Source: Nanobdellati archaeon (GTDB lineage Archaea; EX4484-52; WAPT01). From it: a stretch of 64,000 bases of DNA. A model generated the notes under the pieces. The model ran no database searches. It worked only from the letters and a program-made list of their open reading frames with translations, and was not told the DNA's origin. Positions 8,585 to 18,321 of this stretch are shown piece by piece. The translations under genes and the position numbers were made by a program. Position 1 is the first letter of the stretch. The number at the start of each line of letters is the position of its first letter. The stretch covers positions 5,428-69,427 of the forward strand of contig WAPT01000001.1 of NCBI GenBank assembly GCA_015520605.1. The letters are read 5' to 3'.

Positions 8585-10440
8585 AGCTTCCTCTTTACTG
8601 TTTCCGCGACCTCCCTGCCGTCAGCCCTTCCTTGAAGTTTTTTCATGACTTCCCCCATCACCGCTTTAAAGTTTGCAGGTATCTTCCCTTCATTTATTAT
8701 TTCATCCACAACTCTCTCTATCTCCTCGCGTGATGCTTTGAGAAGGTTCTTTTCTCTTACTATAGTCTCCGGACGTTTCCCTTCGATGACACAATACTTG
8801 ATTATCAGAGGCACGGAGTCCCTGCTTATCTTTCCATCGTTCAGGAGTTCGAGCAACTCTAAGATATCATCGTCGCTCAGCAAACTAACGTCAACACCTT
8901 CCCTGCTTTTAACCTCAGGGATAGTATTGACGAGTATTGCGGCTATTGTCTTTGCACTCAGATTTGAGAATGTTTCGATGGCCTTCTCAAAAAGATAAAA
9001 GTAGTCTGAGTTCAAAAGCTGGTTCGCGAGCTCCTTCCCAAGTCCGAGCGAAATGAACTCCTTGATTTTTTCCTCCGGCGTTTTAGGAAGGGATGCTCTC
9101 ATCTCCTCTATCAAGTCGTTGGAAATGAAGACGGGAGGCACGTCTGTTTCTGGATACATCCTTGCAGCTCCAGGTAGAGGTCTCATGTATGCTGTGTCTC
9201 CGTTCTCAAGAGCGCGTCTTGTCTCTTCTGGAACGCGCTGCTGAAGTAGGAGTACTCTCTCTCTCACAACTTCCAGAGCTTTCTCGGCTTCTCCTCTCTC
9301 CTCCTCGCTATTGTAGACCACCATTACAACGAGGTCATCATCACTGCATTCCATTTTTTTCATGAGGGCTGTTATCTCTTCCTTGCTGATGCGATACTTT
9401 TCCAACTTTTCGTCGGTGTGGATTATCCCTTTCATTTTCGTTTTTGCTTTCACGTAGTCGGCAACTTCCCTCCCAACAGTTCTGAAAGAATTCAACTCTC
9501 TGACAAAATAGCCAGCCATCCCCTCTATTTTCATTGCGAGGACCTTCTTACCTCTGACGATCCTGCTTTGAGAAGTTGTGAACACATCGCTAACATCAAC
9601 GAAGAATGAGAACTTTATTTCCCTCTTTTTCAGCTCTTCCACGAGCTTTATCAGGCTGAGCTGCCTTTTGACTTCTTCCTTAACAAGACTCTCCAGAATG
9701 GAAAGATCCTGCACACCCTTAACTTCAATCCTGGCTCCTCCTTTCACCGATATGTTCACATCCTGTCTTATGCTCCCTATACCTCTCATCACCTTACCTG
9801 TGAGTCTCAACAACGTTCCGAGGGTTCTTGCGGCTTCCACCACTTTTTGCGGGGTGTCAAGCACAGGTGCTGTTGCTATCTCTATGAGAGGTATCCCGAG
9901 TCTGTTGAGCCCGTAAAGAACATGGTCATCGCCTTTCTCCAGAATTTGCGCGCTCTCCTCTTCAAGACATATCGTGGTTATGGGCACTTCTCCAAAGCTA
10001 CACTTTAGCCTGCCATCCATACCTATCATAGCTGTCCTCTGGAACCCGCTGGTGTTGGAGCCATCTATAACTATCTTCCTCATGAAGTGCACCTCATCAA
10101 CAATCTCCGCGTCAAGTAAAAGCGCTATCTCAAGGGCTATGCGTAGCGCTTCCTCATTTACGTTATGTGGTGGCTCCTCGTCACACTCTACAAGGCATGA
10201 GCTTTTCCTGTACATCCTGTAAATGTACCTTCTACCCTTCTGAAACTCGTGAAGCGCTGCTGGATCTATCTCTCCAAGCTCGCTTTTACTCACCCTCAAA
10301 TACCTGAAAAACTCGCCGTCACTTTCGTCTTCAAGCAAGGATTGGCAGTTACAGAAGAGCTTCCTCGTTTTCAGTCTGCGGTGGATCTCAATCCCGCATT
10401 TCAATCCAACGGAACTGTAATCAATATCTTCCACGCCCAT
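8566..10440 (-). CDS. gatE: Glutamyl-tRNA(Gln) amidotransferase subunit E
   Basis: The N-terminus 'GLKCGIEIHRRL...LFCNCQ' is characteristic of GatE, and the 624-aa size fits. The cognate gatD lies nearby. Confidence 0.9.
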   Translation of the reverse strand: MGVEDIDYSSVGLKCGIEIHRRLKTRKLFCNCQSLLEDESDGEFFRYLRVSKSELGEIDPAALHEFQKGRRYIYRMYRKSSCLVECDEEPPHNVNEEALRIALEIALLLDAEIVDEVHFMRKIVIDGSNTSGFQRTAMIGMDGRLKCSFGEVPITTICLEEESAQILEKGDDHVLYGLNRLGIPLIEIATAPVLDTPQKVVEAARTLGTLLRLTGKVMRGIGSIRQDVNISVKGGARIEVKGVQDLSILESLVKEEVKRQLSLIKLVEELKKREIKFSFFVDVSDVFTTSQSRIVRGKKVLAMKIEGMAGYFVRELNSFRTVGREVADYVKAKTKMKGIIHTDEKLEKYRISKEEITALMKKMECSDDDLVVMVVYNSEEERGEAEKALEVVRERVLLLQQRVPEETRRALENGDTAYMRPLPGAARMYPETDVPPVFISNDLIEEMRASLPKTPEEKIKEFISLGLGKELANQLLNSDYFYLFEKAIETFSNLSAKTIAAILVNTIPEVKSREGVDVSLLSDDDILELLELLNDGKISRDSVPLIIKYCVIEGKRPETIVREKNLLKASREEIERVVDEIINEGKIPANFKAVMGEVMKKLQGRADGREVAETVKRKLQANSV

Positions 10441-10464
10441 TTCGCTTCACCGTGCTTTCCAGAT

Positions 10465-11037
10465 TCAGCTTATTGCCTTCGCCACCTCCTCAAGGAACTT
10501 TTTCGCAAGCTCATGACTCTCTTTAGCGAGCTCCTTGCTCCTCTCAAAAAACAACGAGCCATACGCTCTGGAAATGAACTTGGATGCGTTCCTTAAAATA
10601 TCTGCCGAATCCCTGTAAGTTGGAAGTCTGGATGCTGTGATTATGAATTTTATCAGTCCGTGAGGGGAACATCTCTCCACATTTTCAGCATCACTAACAA
10701 CTCTCTCTTCCAAACTCTCAGGCATGCCTTCTTGTGCCCATACTCTGAAGTCGTGCTTTTTTATCGCGCTGCATATTGCGGCTCTCCTATCAGCAGAGAC
10801 ACTCAAATCCTTCAGAATTCGTTCTGCTGCTACAGCGCTTTCCTCAGCATGGGTCATTACATTTTTGCCATCAAAAGCAACATCATGGAGAAGGGCAGCC
10901 ACCCTCACAATCGTTTTGTTTGCTCCGACACTTTCTGCAATCTCTTCGGCAAGCTCCATCACTCTGAGCGCGTGAGGGTAACCGAAAAGAGCGTCATGCC
11001 CAAGTCTAGCCTTCACTATACGGTGTAGCTCTTCCAT
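10465..11037 (-). CDS. HD-domain phosphohydrolase
   Basis: An H...HD motif is present ('ALRVMELAEE...AALLHDVAF'). The product is 190 aa. Confidence 0.65.
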   Translation of the reverse strand: MEELHRIVKARLGHDALFGYPHALRVMELAEEIAESVGANKTIVRVAALLHDVAFDGKNVMTHAEESAVAAERILKDLSVSADRRAAICSAIKKHDFRVWAQEGMPESLEERVVSDAENVERCSPHGLIKFIITASRLPTYRDSADILRNASKFISRAYGSLFFERSKELAKESHELAKKFLEEVAKAIS

Positions 11038-11179
11038 AGCTTAGCTAAAGGGGAGATAATTTAAAATGTATTTGGACATACCTTTTCTAGTTTACGGAGC
11101 AATAAAAATTTTAGAAGATTTAGAAAAACTTGTTTTAATTCTCACCTAAGAGTCCTAAAGTGATGATTCCATATAGGAG

Positions 11180-12643
11180 TTGGATGTTTTCTTGAATGGG
11201 TGGAAGAAAAGTTCGAAACATCATACCTCAGAGCGGGGTGCGATTATCCAAGATTTATTAAAAAATTTTTGTTCTAAAATGAAAGGCATGACCACTTATT
11301 CTAAAAGGGTCGAGGAGTTACTTGGAAAAGCTGGGGCTGATGAAGGAGACATTGTGAAGGTTGAGCTTAAAACTGGAAAAACTTACGAAGGTCTGCTGAT
11401 GCCGCGAACAGGCTTTGGCAATAAAGACTGTCTTATCTTGAAGCTCAAAAACGGTTACAACATAGGAATTCTTATGGATAAAATCAAAAGCATCGAAGTT
11501 ATTAAGAAAGCTGAGAAAAGAAAAGCAACACCCTCTACAAAATCCAGAAAAAAAACAGGTAGCAGGAAGTTAAAGAAGGTTTCCATACTCCATACCGGAG
11601 GCACGATAGCATCACGTGTGGATTATGAAACTGGAGGGGTTAAAGCTCTCTTCACTCCAGAAGACCTCATAGATCTCTTCCCCGAAATTGAAAATTATGC
11701 TGAGATAAGCTCAAGACTCATAGCCAATGCCCTAAGTGAGAATCTGAGGTTTGAGCATTATAACATCATGATAGATGCGATAGTGGAGGAGATAAAGAAA
11801 GGTACGGATGGCATAATTCTGACTCACGGCACGGACACGATGGCTTATACCGCCTCAGCATTAGCTTTCGCGTTCGAGAACCTCCCTGTCCCGATAATTC
11901 TTGTGGGTGCGCAGCGCAGCTCGGACAGGCCGAGCAGTGATGCTGCCATTAACCTTATAGCTGCTGTGCAGTTTATAACCGGTACAGACTTCTGCGATGT
12001 GGGTATATGCATGCATGCAACAACCAGCGATGACTTCTGCCACATACTCCCAGCTTGCAAAACTCGTAAGATGCACACTTCAGCAAGGTATGCTTTTCAG
12101 GCCATAAACTCCCTACCATACGCTAAAGTGTGGCCGAAGGAAGAAAAAATAGAGTTTTTGAGGGACGATTACAGGAGAAGAAGCGATGTAAAGGACAAGC
12201 TAATCGTCAGAAAATTCAACCCTGCTGTGAAGGTGGGTGTTCTCAAAGCTCACCCAAACATGCTTCCGGAGGAAATAATGGTGTTTAAGGGCTTTGACGG
12301 CCTGGTTATAGAAGGTACTGGACTGGGACACATAGGGATAGAGAGCTTTGATGAGCACAGCAAGGAGAATGAGCGTGTGAGGGAAGCTCTGCAGGAGGTT
12401 ATAAATAGTGGGGCTGTCGTTGTGATGACTTCCCAGTGTCTCCATGGTAGAGTTAATATGAACGTTTACAGCACCGGCAGAAAGCTCGTTGAGATGGGGG
12501 TGCTCGGAAACCTCACGGACATGCTTCCCGAGGTTGCATTCATAAAGCTTGCATGGCTGCTCAGCAACTATCCGAAAGAAAGGGTAAAAGAGCTCTGGTA
12601 CGAGAACCTGAGAGGGGAGATCTCCCATAGAACCCTGCAGTAA
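11180..12643 (+). CDS. gatD: Glutamyl-tRNA(Gln) amidotransferase subunit D. The start may be an internal Met near 11282.
   Basis: The asparaginase-like domain has 'ILHTGGTIAS' and 'GIILTHGTDTMAYTASALAF'. The 487-aa ORF probably over-extends at its 5' end. Confidence 0.9.
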   Translation: MDVFLNGWKKSSKHHTSERGAIIQDLLKNFCSKMKGMTTYSKRVEELLGKAGADEGDIVKVELKTGKTYEGLLMPRTGFGNKDCLILKLKNGYNIGILMDKIKSIEVIKKAEKRKATPSTKSRKKTGSRKLKKVSILHTGGTIASRVDYETGGVKALFTPEDLIDLFPEIENYAEISSRLIANALSENLRFEHYNIMIDAIVEEIKKGTDGIILTHGTDTMAYTASALAFAFENLPVPIILVGAQRSSDRPSSDAAINLIAAVQFITGTDFCDVGICMHATTSDDFCHILPACKTRKMHTSARYAFQAINSLPYAKVWPKEEKIEFLRDDYRRRSDVKDKLIVRKFNPAVKVGVLKAHPNMLPEEIMVFKGFDGLVIEGTGLGHIGIESFDEHSKENERVREALQEVINSGAVVVMTSQCLHGRVNMNVYSTGRKLVEMGVLGNLTDMLPEVAFIKLAWLLSNYPKERVKELWYENLRGEISHRTLQ

Positions 12644-12647
12644 ATCA

Positions 12648-14084
12648 CTACTCAATTGTCTTTGCAAGGTATTTCTGGTAAGCGGAATAAAGGGCTCTCT
12701 TGCACACGCTTGTGTTTATGCACTCAAAGCCGAAGACATACTCAAGTGTTTTTTCATTAAAATAATCTTCAAGCTCTACTCCAAGCTTTCTTGCCGCAGC
12801 TATCCAACCTGTATAGCTCAGCCCGTACCTATATGCTTGGAGCAGCATCTTTCCAACCTTCTCATCTCCGATACTAAGCAAGGTCTGTATGGCTGCTCTT
12901 TTGGGGTTGGTAAAGTGTGCTCTTACTCTAAGCTTTTTCCTCAACAGTTTGTTCCTTCCACTGAGAACATCCACACCCTCAAAGGGTGCGAACTGCAGTG
13001 GTGTGTGCGGCTTTGGAATGAAGATGGAAAATGTGCACTTAACTCTCATCCCCGCAAGAGAGGAGCACAGGTTTACAAGATCGGCGCAAGCTTCAAGATC
13101 CTTGTCCTGCTCAGCGGGCAGACCCACCATAAAATAGAGTTTGAGATTTCTTGCTCCGCACAGCTTTGCTGTCCTCGCAGCCCTCAAAACATCCTCATCG
13201 CTGAACTTTTTGCCGAGCTCAAATCTTATCCTTTCGGAACTTTCCGGAGCGATTGTAATCGTTCTTGGCTTTATCAGCTTTAGCACATCTCTATATTCGT
13301 GGATGTCCGAAACATGAATGGACGGCATGCCAATCTCATAACCCGCCTTACGAAGGTAGGTGATTATATCTGGTAATTCTGGATTTGAGAAGGGATCCGA
13401 GCCTATAAGCATTACCTTCTCAACACTTCCCTTCTTTACTCTACTCAAAGCTAACCTGATATCATCCAGACTTCTGTATCTGCACCTCCCTCTAGTCCAT
13501 CCAATGAGGCAGAAGAGACATCTCCTTCTGCAACCTCTCTGCACCTCTATCATTACCGTTCCATCCACAGTGGCAAGAGGTGATCTCTCACCCTCCAGAT
13601 CACATACTGCTGTCTTTATCTCACATCTCCCTTCATAAAAAACATTTTCATGCCACACCACCGTGTCCATAATCTCTTGGAGTGTTAGGGTTCCCTTCCT
13701 TTCCTTCTTCTCCTTCAGAGTACGGAAAAGCGCCTCTCCATCTCCTATGAAAAAGAAATCAGCAACATGCTTTAACGGTAGAGGGTTGACTGTTGTTGGA
13801 CCTCCAACAAGAAGTTTTGGAAAGTCTCTATTTTCCTTTTGAAGACTCAGCCCCCCTTTATCTATCATCTGAAGAAGTATCGGATAATTGTTCTCGTAGT
13901 GAGAGCTAACCATTATCAGCCTGTGTTCCGACATTAGCCCGAGGTTTATGGAGTCTGCAAAGTAAACCCTGCTTCTTATTCCGAGTCTCTCGAGTTCTTC
14001 TTGCAGGAAATGGATGGATAGCGCCTCTCTTCCGACTTTTTTCTCCGCTGGATAAATTATACCAACCACATCGTTCATTTTCAA
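12648..14084 (-). CDS. Radical SAM protein with an N-terminal B12-binding-like domain
   Basis: The motif 'MIEVQRGCRRRCLFCLIGW' has C-x3-C-x2-C spacing. A Rossmann-like N-terminal domain typical of B12-binding rSAM enzymes precedes it. The gene lies 24 nt downstream of a pilin-like gene on the same strand. Confidence 0.7.
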   Translation of the reverse strand: MKMNDVVGIIYPAEKKVGREALSIHFLQEELERLGIRSRVYFADSINLGLMSEHRLIMVSSHYENNYPILLQMIDKGGLSLQKENRDFPKLLVGGPTTVNPLPLKHVADFFFIGDGEALFRTLKEKKERKGTLTLQEIMDTVVWHENVFYEGRCEIKTAVCDLEGERSPLATVDGTVMIEVQRGCRRRCLFCLIGWTRGRCRYRSLDDIRLALSRVKKGSVEKVMLIGSDPFSNPELPDIITYLRKAGYEIGMPSIHVSDIHEYRDVLKLIKPRTITIAPESSERIRFELGKKFSDEDVLRAARTAKLCGARNLKLYFMVGLPAEQDKDLEACADLVNLCSSLAGMRVKCTFSIFIPKPHTPLQFAPFEGVDVLSGRNKLLRKKLRVRAHFTNPKRAAIQTLLSIGDEKVGKMLLQAYRYGLSYTGWIAAARKLGVELEDYFNEKTLEYVFGFECINTSVCKRALYSAYQKYLAKTIE

Positions 14085-14108
14085 TGATTTTTCAAGTAAA
14101 TTTTAATT

Positions 14109-14819
14109 TCAGCTCGCTTCTCTTGTTTCCAGCTCGAGATAATCAGCATAGCTGGGGAGGGTTATGAGAAGTTCAAACTCCGTATCATTGACCACAAGAT
14201 GTGCTATCACCCTTCCTCGCGGTAGATTATTTCCGTACATTTCGGCATAAATATAGCCTGTAGCATTTTCAAACACACTATCCACAAGGACCCTCACCGT
14301 GCCATTAAACGTAACGTTTTCCTTTAACAGTTTTACACCTGCGATGATCCTGCTCATATTTATCTGCTGCCAGTTATCGGGGGTTCCTGCCTTGGTTATG
14401 TTCACCTCAAGATATGAGTTCCTCATTGTGATCACATTCCCATTATCCACCACACTAACATCGTCACCTTCCGCTATTATGATGTTCCCTTCCCGAATCA
14501 TAGCACTCCTTGCCACAAGCGGAGTGTCTGTTTTCATCCTGAACTCTATTAGATTTGAGCGGTTATCAATGATCAGCACACCCCTCCTTATAACCAGCGG
14601 GACAACTCTGGTGGAACCCTTACCTTCAGCGATGATTTCCTGGAGCGATGTCGCGAGATCATGCATCATGGTCTTAGCACTTTCAAACGCCGCTTTGTCC
14701 CTAAGTGATTGAACGTAGGGAGTTATCGTGCTTATTAGGATTGCTATCACAACGATTGCGATGGTCATGTAGAGCGTTCCCGCAAGAAGGGGCGATACAG
14801 CCTTTCTTTTTCTCAGCAT
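14109..14819 (-). CDS. Type IV pilin-like protein with a class III signal peptide
   Basis: The N-terminus 'MLRKRKA|VSPLLAGTLYMTIAIVVIAILIST' has a basic stretch and an Ala at the putative cleavage site, followed by an about 22-aa hydrophobic segment. The mature part is beta-rich with N-x-S/T sequons. Confidence 0.5.
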   Translation of the reverse strand: MLRKRKAVSPLLAGTLYMTIAIVVIAILISTITPYVQSLRDKAAFESAKTMMHDLATSLQEIIAEGKGSTRVVPLVIRRGVLIIDNRSNLIEFRMKTDTPLVARSAMIREGNIIIAEGDDVSVVDNGNVITMRNSYLEVNITKAGTPDNWQQINMSRIIAGVKLLKENVTFNGTVRVLVDSVFENATGYIYAEMYGNNLPRGRVIAHLVVNDTEFELLITLPSYADYLELETREAS

Positions 14820-14945
14820 GATTTTTTGTTAGATTCCAACAAATATATGTGTATGTGTATTCGCGCTCAGAGTGATCTTCACGATCAATCAAGAATTGAT
14901 GGCAAGGTCGCAGCTGCTGAGATTCCGGAAATGCAAGTCCGTTTT

Positions 14946-15170
14946 TCACTTCACATGGATATCGACAATTTCACCCAGCCGGATCACAGATTTTATTATT
15001 TCTGACTTGTCGGTAAAAAGGCTTACCATTCCGTCCCTGTGTTTCTTTAATACAATCTCCACTCGTTTTTCCACCGGACTGGCAAACACAGTTCCGTTGG
15101 GAAGCTCTATTTTTTCGTAACCTTCCAGTTCCAGCTCCGGTTCATTCTTCAGCACAATCTCCACGATCAT
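14946..15170 (-). CDS. Small hypothetical protein (74 aa) embedded in the pilin-like cluster
   Basis: This is an ORF with no signal peptide and nothing overlapping it. No motif was recognised. Confidence 0.3.
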   Translation of the reverse strand: MIVEIVLKNEPELELEGYEKIELPNGTVFASPVEKRVEIVLKKHRDGMVSLFTDKSEIIKSVIRLGEIVDIHVK

Positions 15171-15292
15171 TAACTTTACTAGTAGTTAAACGTTTATAAA
15201 GATTTTAAATATTTCACACGCAACCCGCGGATCTCAAAACAGGGACATCGCGAGATATTCCCGTAGCATCATCCCTGTAGTGTGTGACCGGT

Positions 15293-15877
15293 TCAGCAGG
15301 GTGTGAGTGTTCTTGTGGTGATGATCCTGGTGTTTCCCGCAAGATCGGTGGCGATCACCACAATACCTCCGTAATATTCTGTCTTCATCTCAGCGCGGAA
15401 GCACATGTCTGTATCCACACTATATACCCTAAAAGTGATATTTGCGGGAAGCGTTATGGAATAAGTCACCTCCTCGCGTTTCACATCCCAGGGTAGAAGG
15501 GGCGATGCAAAGACAATATTCCCATTCACATCCAGATAAAAGTTGGTTGTGTTTTCATTTCCATTGAAGAAAAGAAGGTCATAACCTGTGCCGTTTCTCT
15601 CCACCTCAAAAACGAACACGCTGACATTTTCACCTCTCTCTTTTAGTAGGGAAGATACCTCATCGTAAAATGAGACCACGGCATATCCATCGGTTTGCTT
15701 ATCAGCCAGCATCGCTACCAGCGATTGGTCGAGGAATGTTCTGAACGCTTCCCTGCTCGTTGAGATGGTCAGAAAACTCGTTCTTCTTCCCATCCGAGGT
15801 ACGGTCAGCAGTGATGACAGAACGAGGATGACCATTAAAGCCCCTATGATGAGCCACTGTCCCTTCCTCACTTTCAT
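15293..15877 (-). CDS. Type IV pilin-like protein with a class III signal peptide
   Basis: 'MKVRKG|QWLIIGALMVILVLSSLL' matches the classic archaeal prepilin peptidase site (K/R-G followed by Q and a hydrophobic stretch). The start overlaps the upstream gene by 4 nt. Confidence 0.55.
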   Translation of the reverse strand: MKVRKGQWLIIGALMVILVLSSLLTVPRMGRRTSFLTISTSREAFRTFLDQSLVAMLADKQTDGYAVVSFYDEVSSLLKERGENVSVFVFEVERNGTGYDLLFFNGNENTTNFYLDVNGNIVFASPLLPWDVKREEVTYSITLPANITFRVYSVDTDMCFRAEMKTEYYGGIVVIATDLAGNTRIITTRTLTPC

Positions 15878-16503
15878 TCGATTACCACCCTGATCTCGGC
15901 GTAATTTTGAGCATCCATAACCACGGGATAATAAACCTGTGCCACGTTATCAGTATCCTGGGTGTTGTTCCCACACACAGATTCCTTTCTCACCACGATC
16001 CAGGCCGGGTTGGTGCAAGAAACGGAAAGGTATACCAGCCCCTCCAGACTGGGTGGAATTTCGATTCTGTAAAGTCTTGTGACCGTATAGTTCCCGAGTG
16101 TTGTGGAATTAACCTTAAAAAAGCACGATGTCAGGGTGGTCTCCACCGGGATGACGTCTATGTATGCTGTTTCGTTCTCCGCTATAATAAGATTAAGGGA
16201 TGTGGAAAGGTTCGCAACTATGGCTTTTAAGCTCAGCATACCGATGTCAACATAGACCTTTTTTACCCCCACGTACGGTTGAACTATTCTCTTTATGCCT
16301 CCGGCATCACAGCTGATGGTATAATTTTGCAGCAGTGAAGCCCGTGCTGCGAAATCCATAATCTTCGAAAGCTTTTCGGTGTATATCCAATTGTCCCCCG
16401 TTTCTTTTTCCGGTAGAAGCAGCCACACCACAAAAGAGATAAGCAGCATTCCTGCTATAACACCCTCAATTATGTGAATGTAGCCCTTACGTCCTATCTC
16501 CAT
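15874..16503 (-). CDS. Type IV pilin-like protein with a class III signal peptide
   Basis: 'MEIGRKG|YIHIIEGVIAGMLLISFVVWLLL' shows R-K-G then a hydrophobic stretch containing a Glu, as in pilins. It overlaps both neighbours by 4 and 10 nt. Confidence 0.5.
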   Translation of the reverse strand: MEIGRKGYIHIIEGVIAGMLLISFVVWLLLPEKETGDNWIYTEKLSKIMDFAARASLLQNYTISCDAGGIKRIVQPYVGVKKVYVDIGMLSLKAIVANLSTSLNLIIAENETAYIDVIPVETTLTSCFFKVNSTTLGNYTVTRLYRIEIPPSLEGLVYLSVSCTNPAWIVVRKESVCGNNTQDTDNVAQVYYPVVMDAQNYAEIRVVIE

Positions 16504-17693
16504 AACCTGATCACCATATCGACCGGAGTTATTGTTCCGTTCTCATAAAGCAATATGCCGGTGTATTTTCTCACCCAGATGTTGGTGAAGAGAGGTTCCT
16601 TTTTCCCGAATGTGAAATTCCCGATGGTTACATTGAAATCGAAGCCTGTAACCCCCGAGTCCTCCTTTATTTTCTCATATGTGCTGTTCTTGATGCTGTT
16701 TAACGTGTTATCGCTCCAGATTCTCAACAAATAACGTCCTGCAACCGCCGTGGAGGAGTTGGTGAACAGCAAATTCTCACAATCTCCACAATTAACAGCA
16801 CCATCACAGAAGTATATTTCTGTTCTTTTTGTGTTCTCAAAGCTCACCCGTATGGTCAGGGTTCCAACCCTTACATTGCATGCGGAACTGTCGGTCAGAA
16901 AGTTCATGTTTACGCCCGTGTTGGTATCGTAAAGGGAAATGAAACCGGTGCTCACAGCATAATTCCAGCCGTTTACCAATGTGGTTGATGATGACCCATC
17001 ATACAATGTATCAAAGTCCCTTACAAGCACGAATGTGTAATTCTGGGGGTTCTCGGATATCAGCCATAGTCTCGGTGAGTAGGCATCCATGATGAGTTCC
17101 GTTGTGTTGAAGTCCAGCTCGATGAACGAGCACCCGTAGATAGAGCGCTGAAAGTTTGAGGGCATGAGCACGGGTTGAAATAGATAATTTGTGCCGTTGA
17201 AGTCCAGGGACGTTATGGAAGCTGTGCCGTATCCCACTTCTAGATACGTGTTCAGTATGCTATTCGTCCCTTCCCCGAGGTCGGACACGCATCCGTATGT
17301 TTTTATATCCCCGGAAGATACGCAGAGAAACGGCAATCCCGTGGTCACCACACTCCTTATTTTCCCGTCATGCACACCGACGGGAAGTGTTCTATTTTTC
17401 TGAAAGCATGTGGTTATGGATGAGTTAGCGGCTGTAAACTCAACTGGGTAATGCTCAACGCGGCATCCATTCACGACCCCCATATATGCCTCTGCGTCCG
17501 TGCTGAAAGCTTCGGCGACCCTTAGTATCTGGGCTGCCGCTAATCCTGGATCGTGTCTCTGAAAGGTGACCAGATACTTCGCGTTAAGAAATTTTAATGA
17601 AATTGTGAGCGTTGTCAGAAAGATGATCATTGCCAGAGTCCATTCAAAATATGTTGTGGCCTTTCTCGAATCTCTTATGGTTGTTCTTCTCAT
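16494..17693 (-). CDS. Type IV pilin-like protein with a class III signal peptide. This is the largest member at 399 aa and carries many N-glycosylation sequons.
   Basis: 'MRRTTIRDSRKA|TTYFEWTLAMIIFLTTLTISL' is the signal region. Sequons include NSS, NRT, NGT, NYT and NTT. Confidence 0.5.
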   Translation of the reverse strand: MRRTTIRDSRKATTYFEWTLAMIIFLTTLTISLKFLNAKYLVTFQRHDPGLAAAQILRVAEAFSTDAEAYMGVVNGCRVEHYPVEFTAANSSITTCFQKNRTLPVGVHDGKIRSVVTTGLPFLCVSSGDIKTYGCVSDLGEGTNSILNTYLEVGYGTASITSLDFNGTNYLFQPVLMPSNFQRSIYGCSFIELDFNTTELIMDAYSPRLWLISENPQNYTFVLVRDFDTLYDGSSSTTLVNGWNYAVSTGFISLYDTNTGVNMNFLTDSSACNVRVGTLTIRVSFENTKRTEIYFCDGAVNCGDCENLLFTNSSTAVAGRYLLRIWSDNTLNSIKNSTYEKIKEDSGVTGFDFNVTIGNFTFGKKEPLFTNIWVRKYTGILLYENGTITPVDMVIRLWR

Positions 17694-17716
17694 GCTCCCA
17701 AAACCCCCTCCTCCCG

Positions 17717-18277
17717 TTATCTTATTCTTATGTTTATCATAGTCGAATTGTACACCTTCCCTTCATTTCTCAATACAAGCGTTGTGGATCCCTCCGATAA
17801 AAACAGATTTCTTTCGAATGAACACGATTCGCACGGTATCATGATCCTGATCACAAAGTCTTTCGATAACCAGTCCTGCCCGTACCCGAACGTCGGGACG
17901 GCATCATCCGGAACCTCGCCAAAGTAAATGGACTTGCTCCTCCTTTCTATCTTTGAGTTATCTTTGGCTGTAAAAAAAATGTACATCTTGGATTCCAGTG
18001 GAGTAACAACGCTAACACCTGCTGATGTGTTCTGCCAGCTGGAATTATAGGTGGAGAAAAGCAGGATTCCGGCAGAATAGCTGTCAGTATTTCCGTAAAC
18101 TAAGGGTACCTCATCGCTCCTGTGGGTTTCGGTGAAGTTGCTCAAAATTTCAACTGAAAGCGACCGTGCTGAGATGTTCTGCGCCTTAACAAAGACGGAC
18201 AAGAGCGTGATGAGCACAGCTCCGACTATGACAAGCATGAATGAGATGAGAAGCGCTGAAGCTCTTGCTGTTTTCAT
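17717..18277 (-). CDS. Type IV pilin-like protein with a class III signal peptide. It is the first gene of the cluster.
   Basis: 'MKTARA|SALLISFMLVIVGAVLITLLSVF' is the signal region. Its promoter must lie in the 44-65 nt divergent gap at 18278-18342. Confidence 0.5.
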   Translation of the reverse strand: MKTARASALLISFMLVIVGAVLITLLSVFVKAQNISARSLSVEILSNFTETHRSDEVPLVYGNTDSYSAGILLFSTYNSSWQNTSAGVSVVTPLESKMYIFFTAKDNSKIERRSKSIYFGEVPDDAVPTFGYGQDWLSKDFVIRIMIPCESCSFERNLFLSEGSTTLVLRNEGKVYNSTMINIRIR

Positions 18278-18321
18278 GAAGAGGTAAATGGATTCGGAAC
18301 AATAAAAAATTTGACAACCAC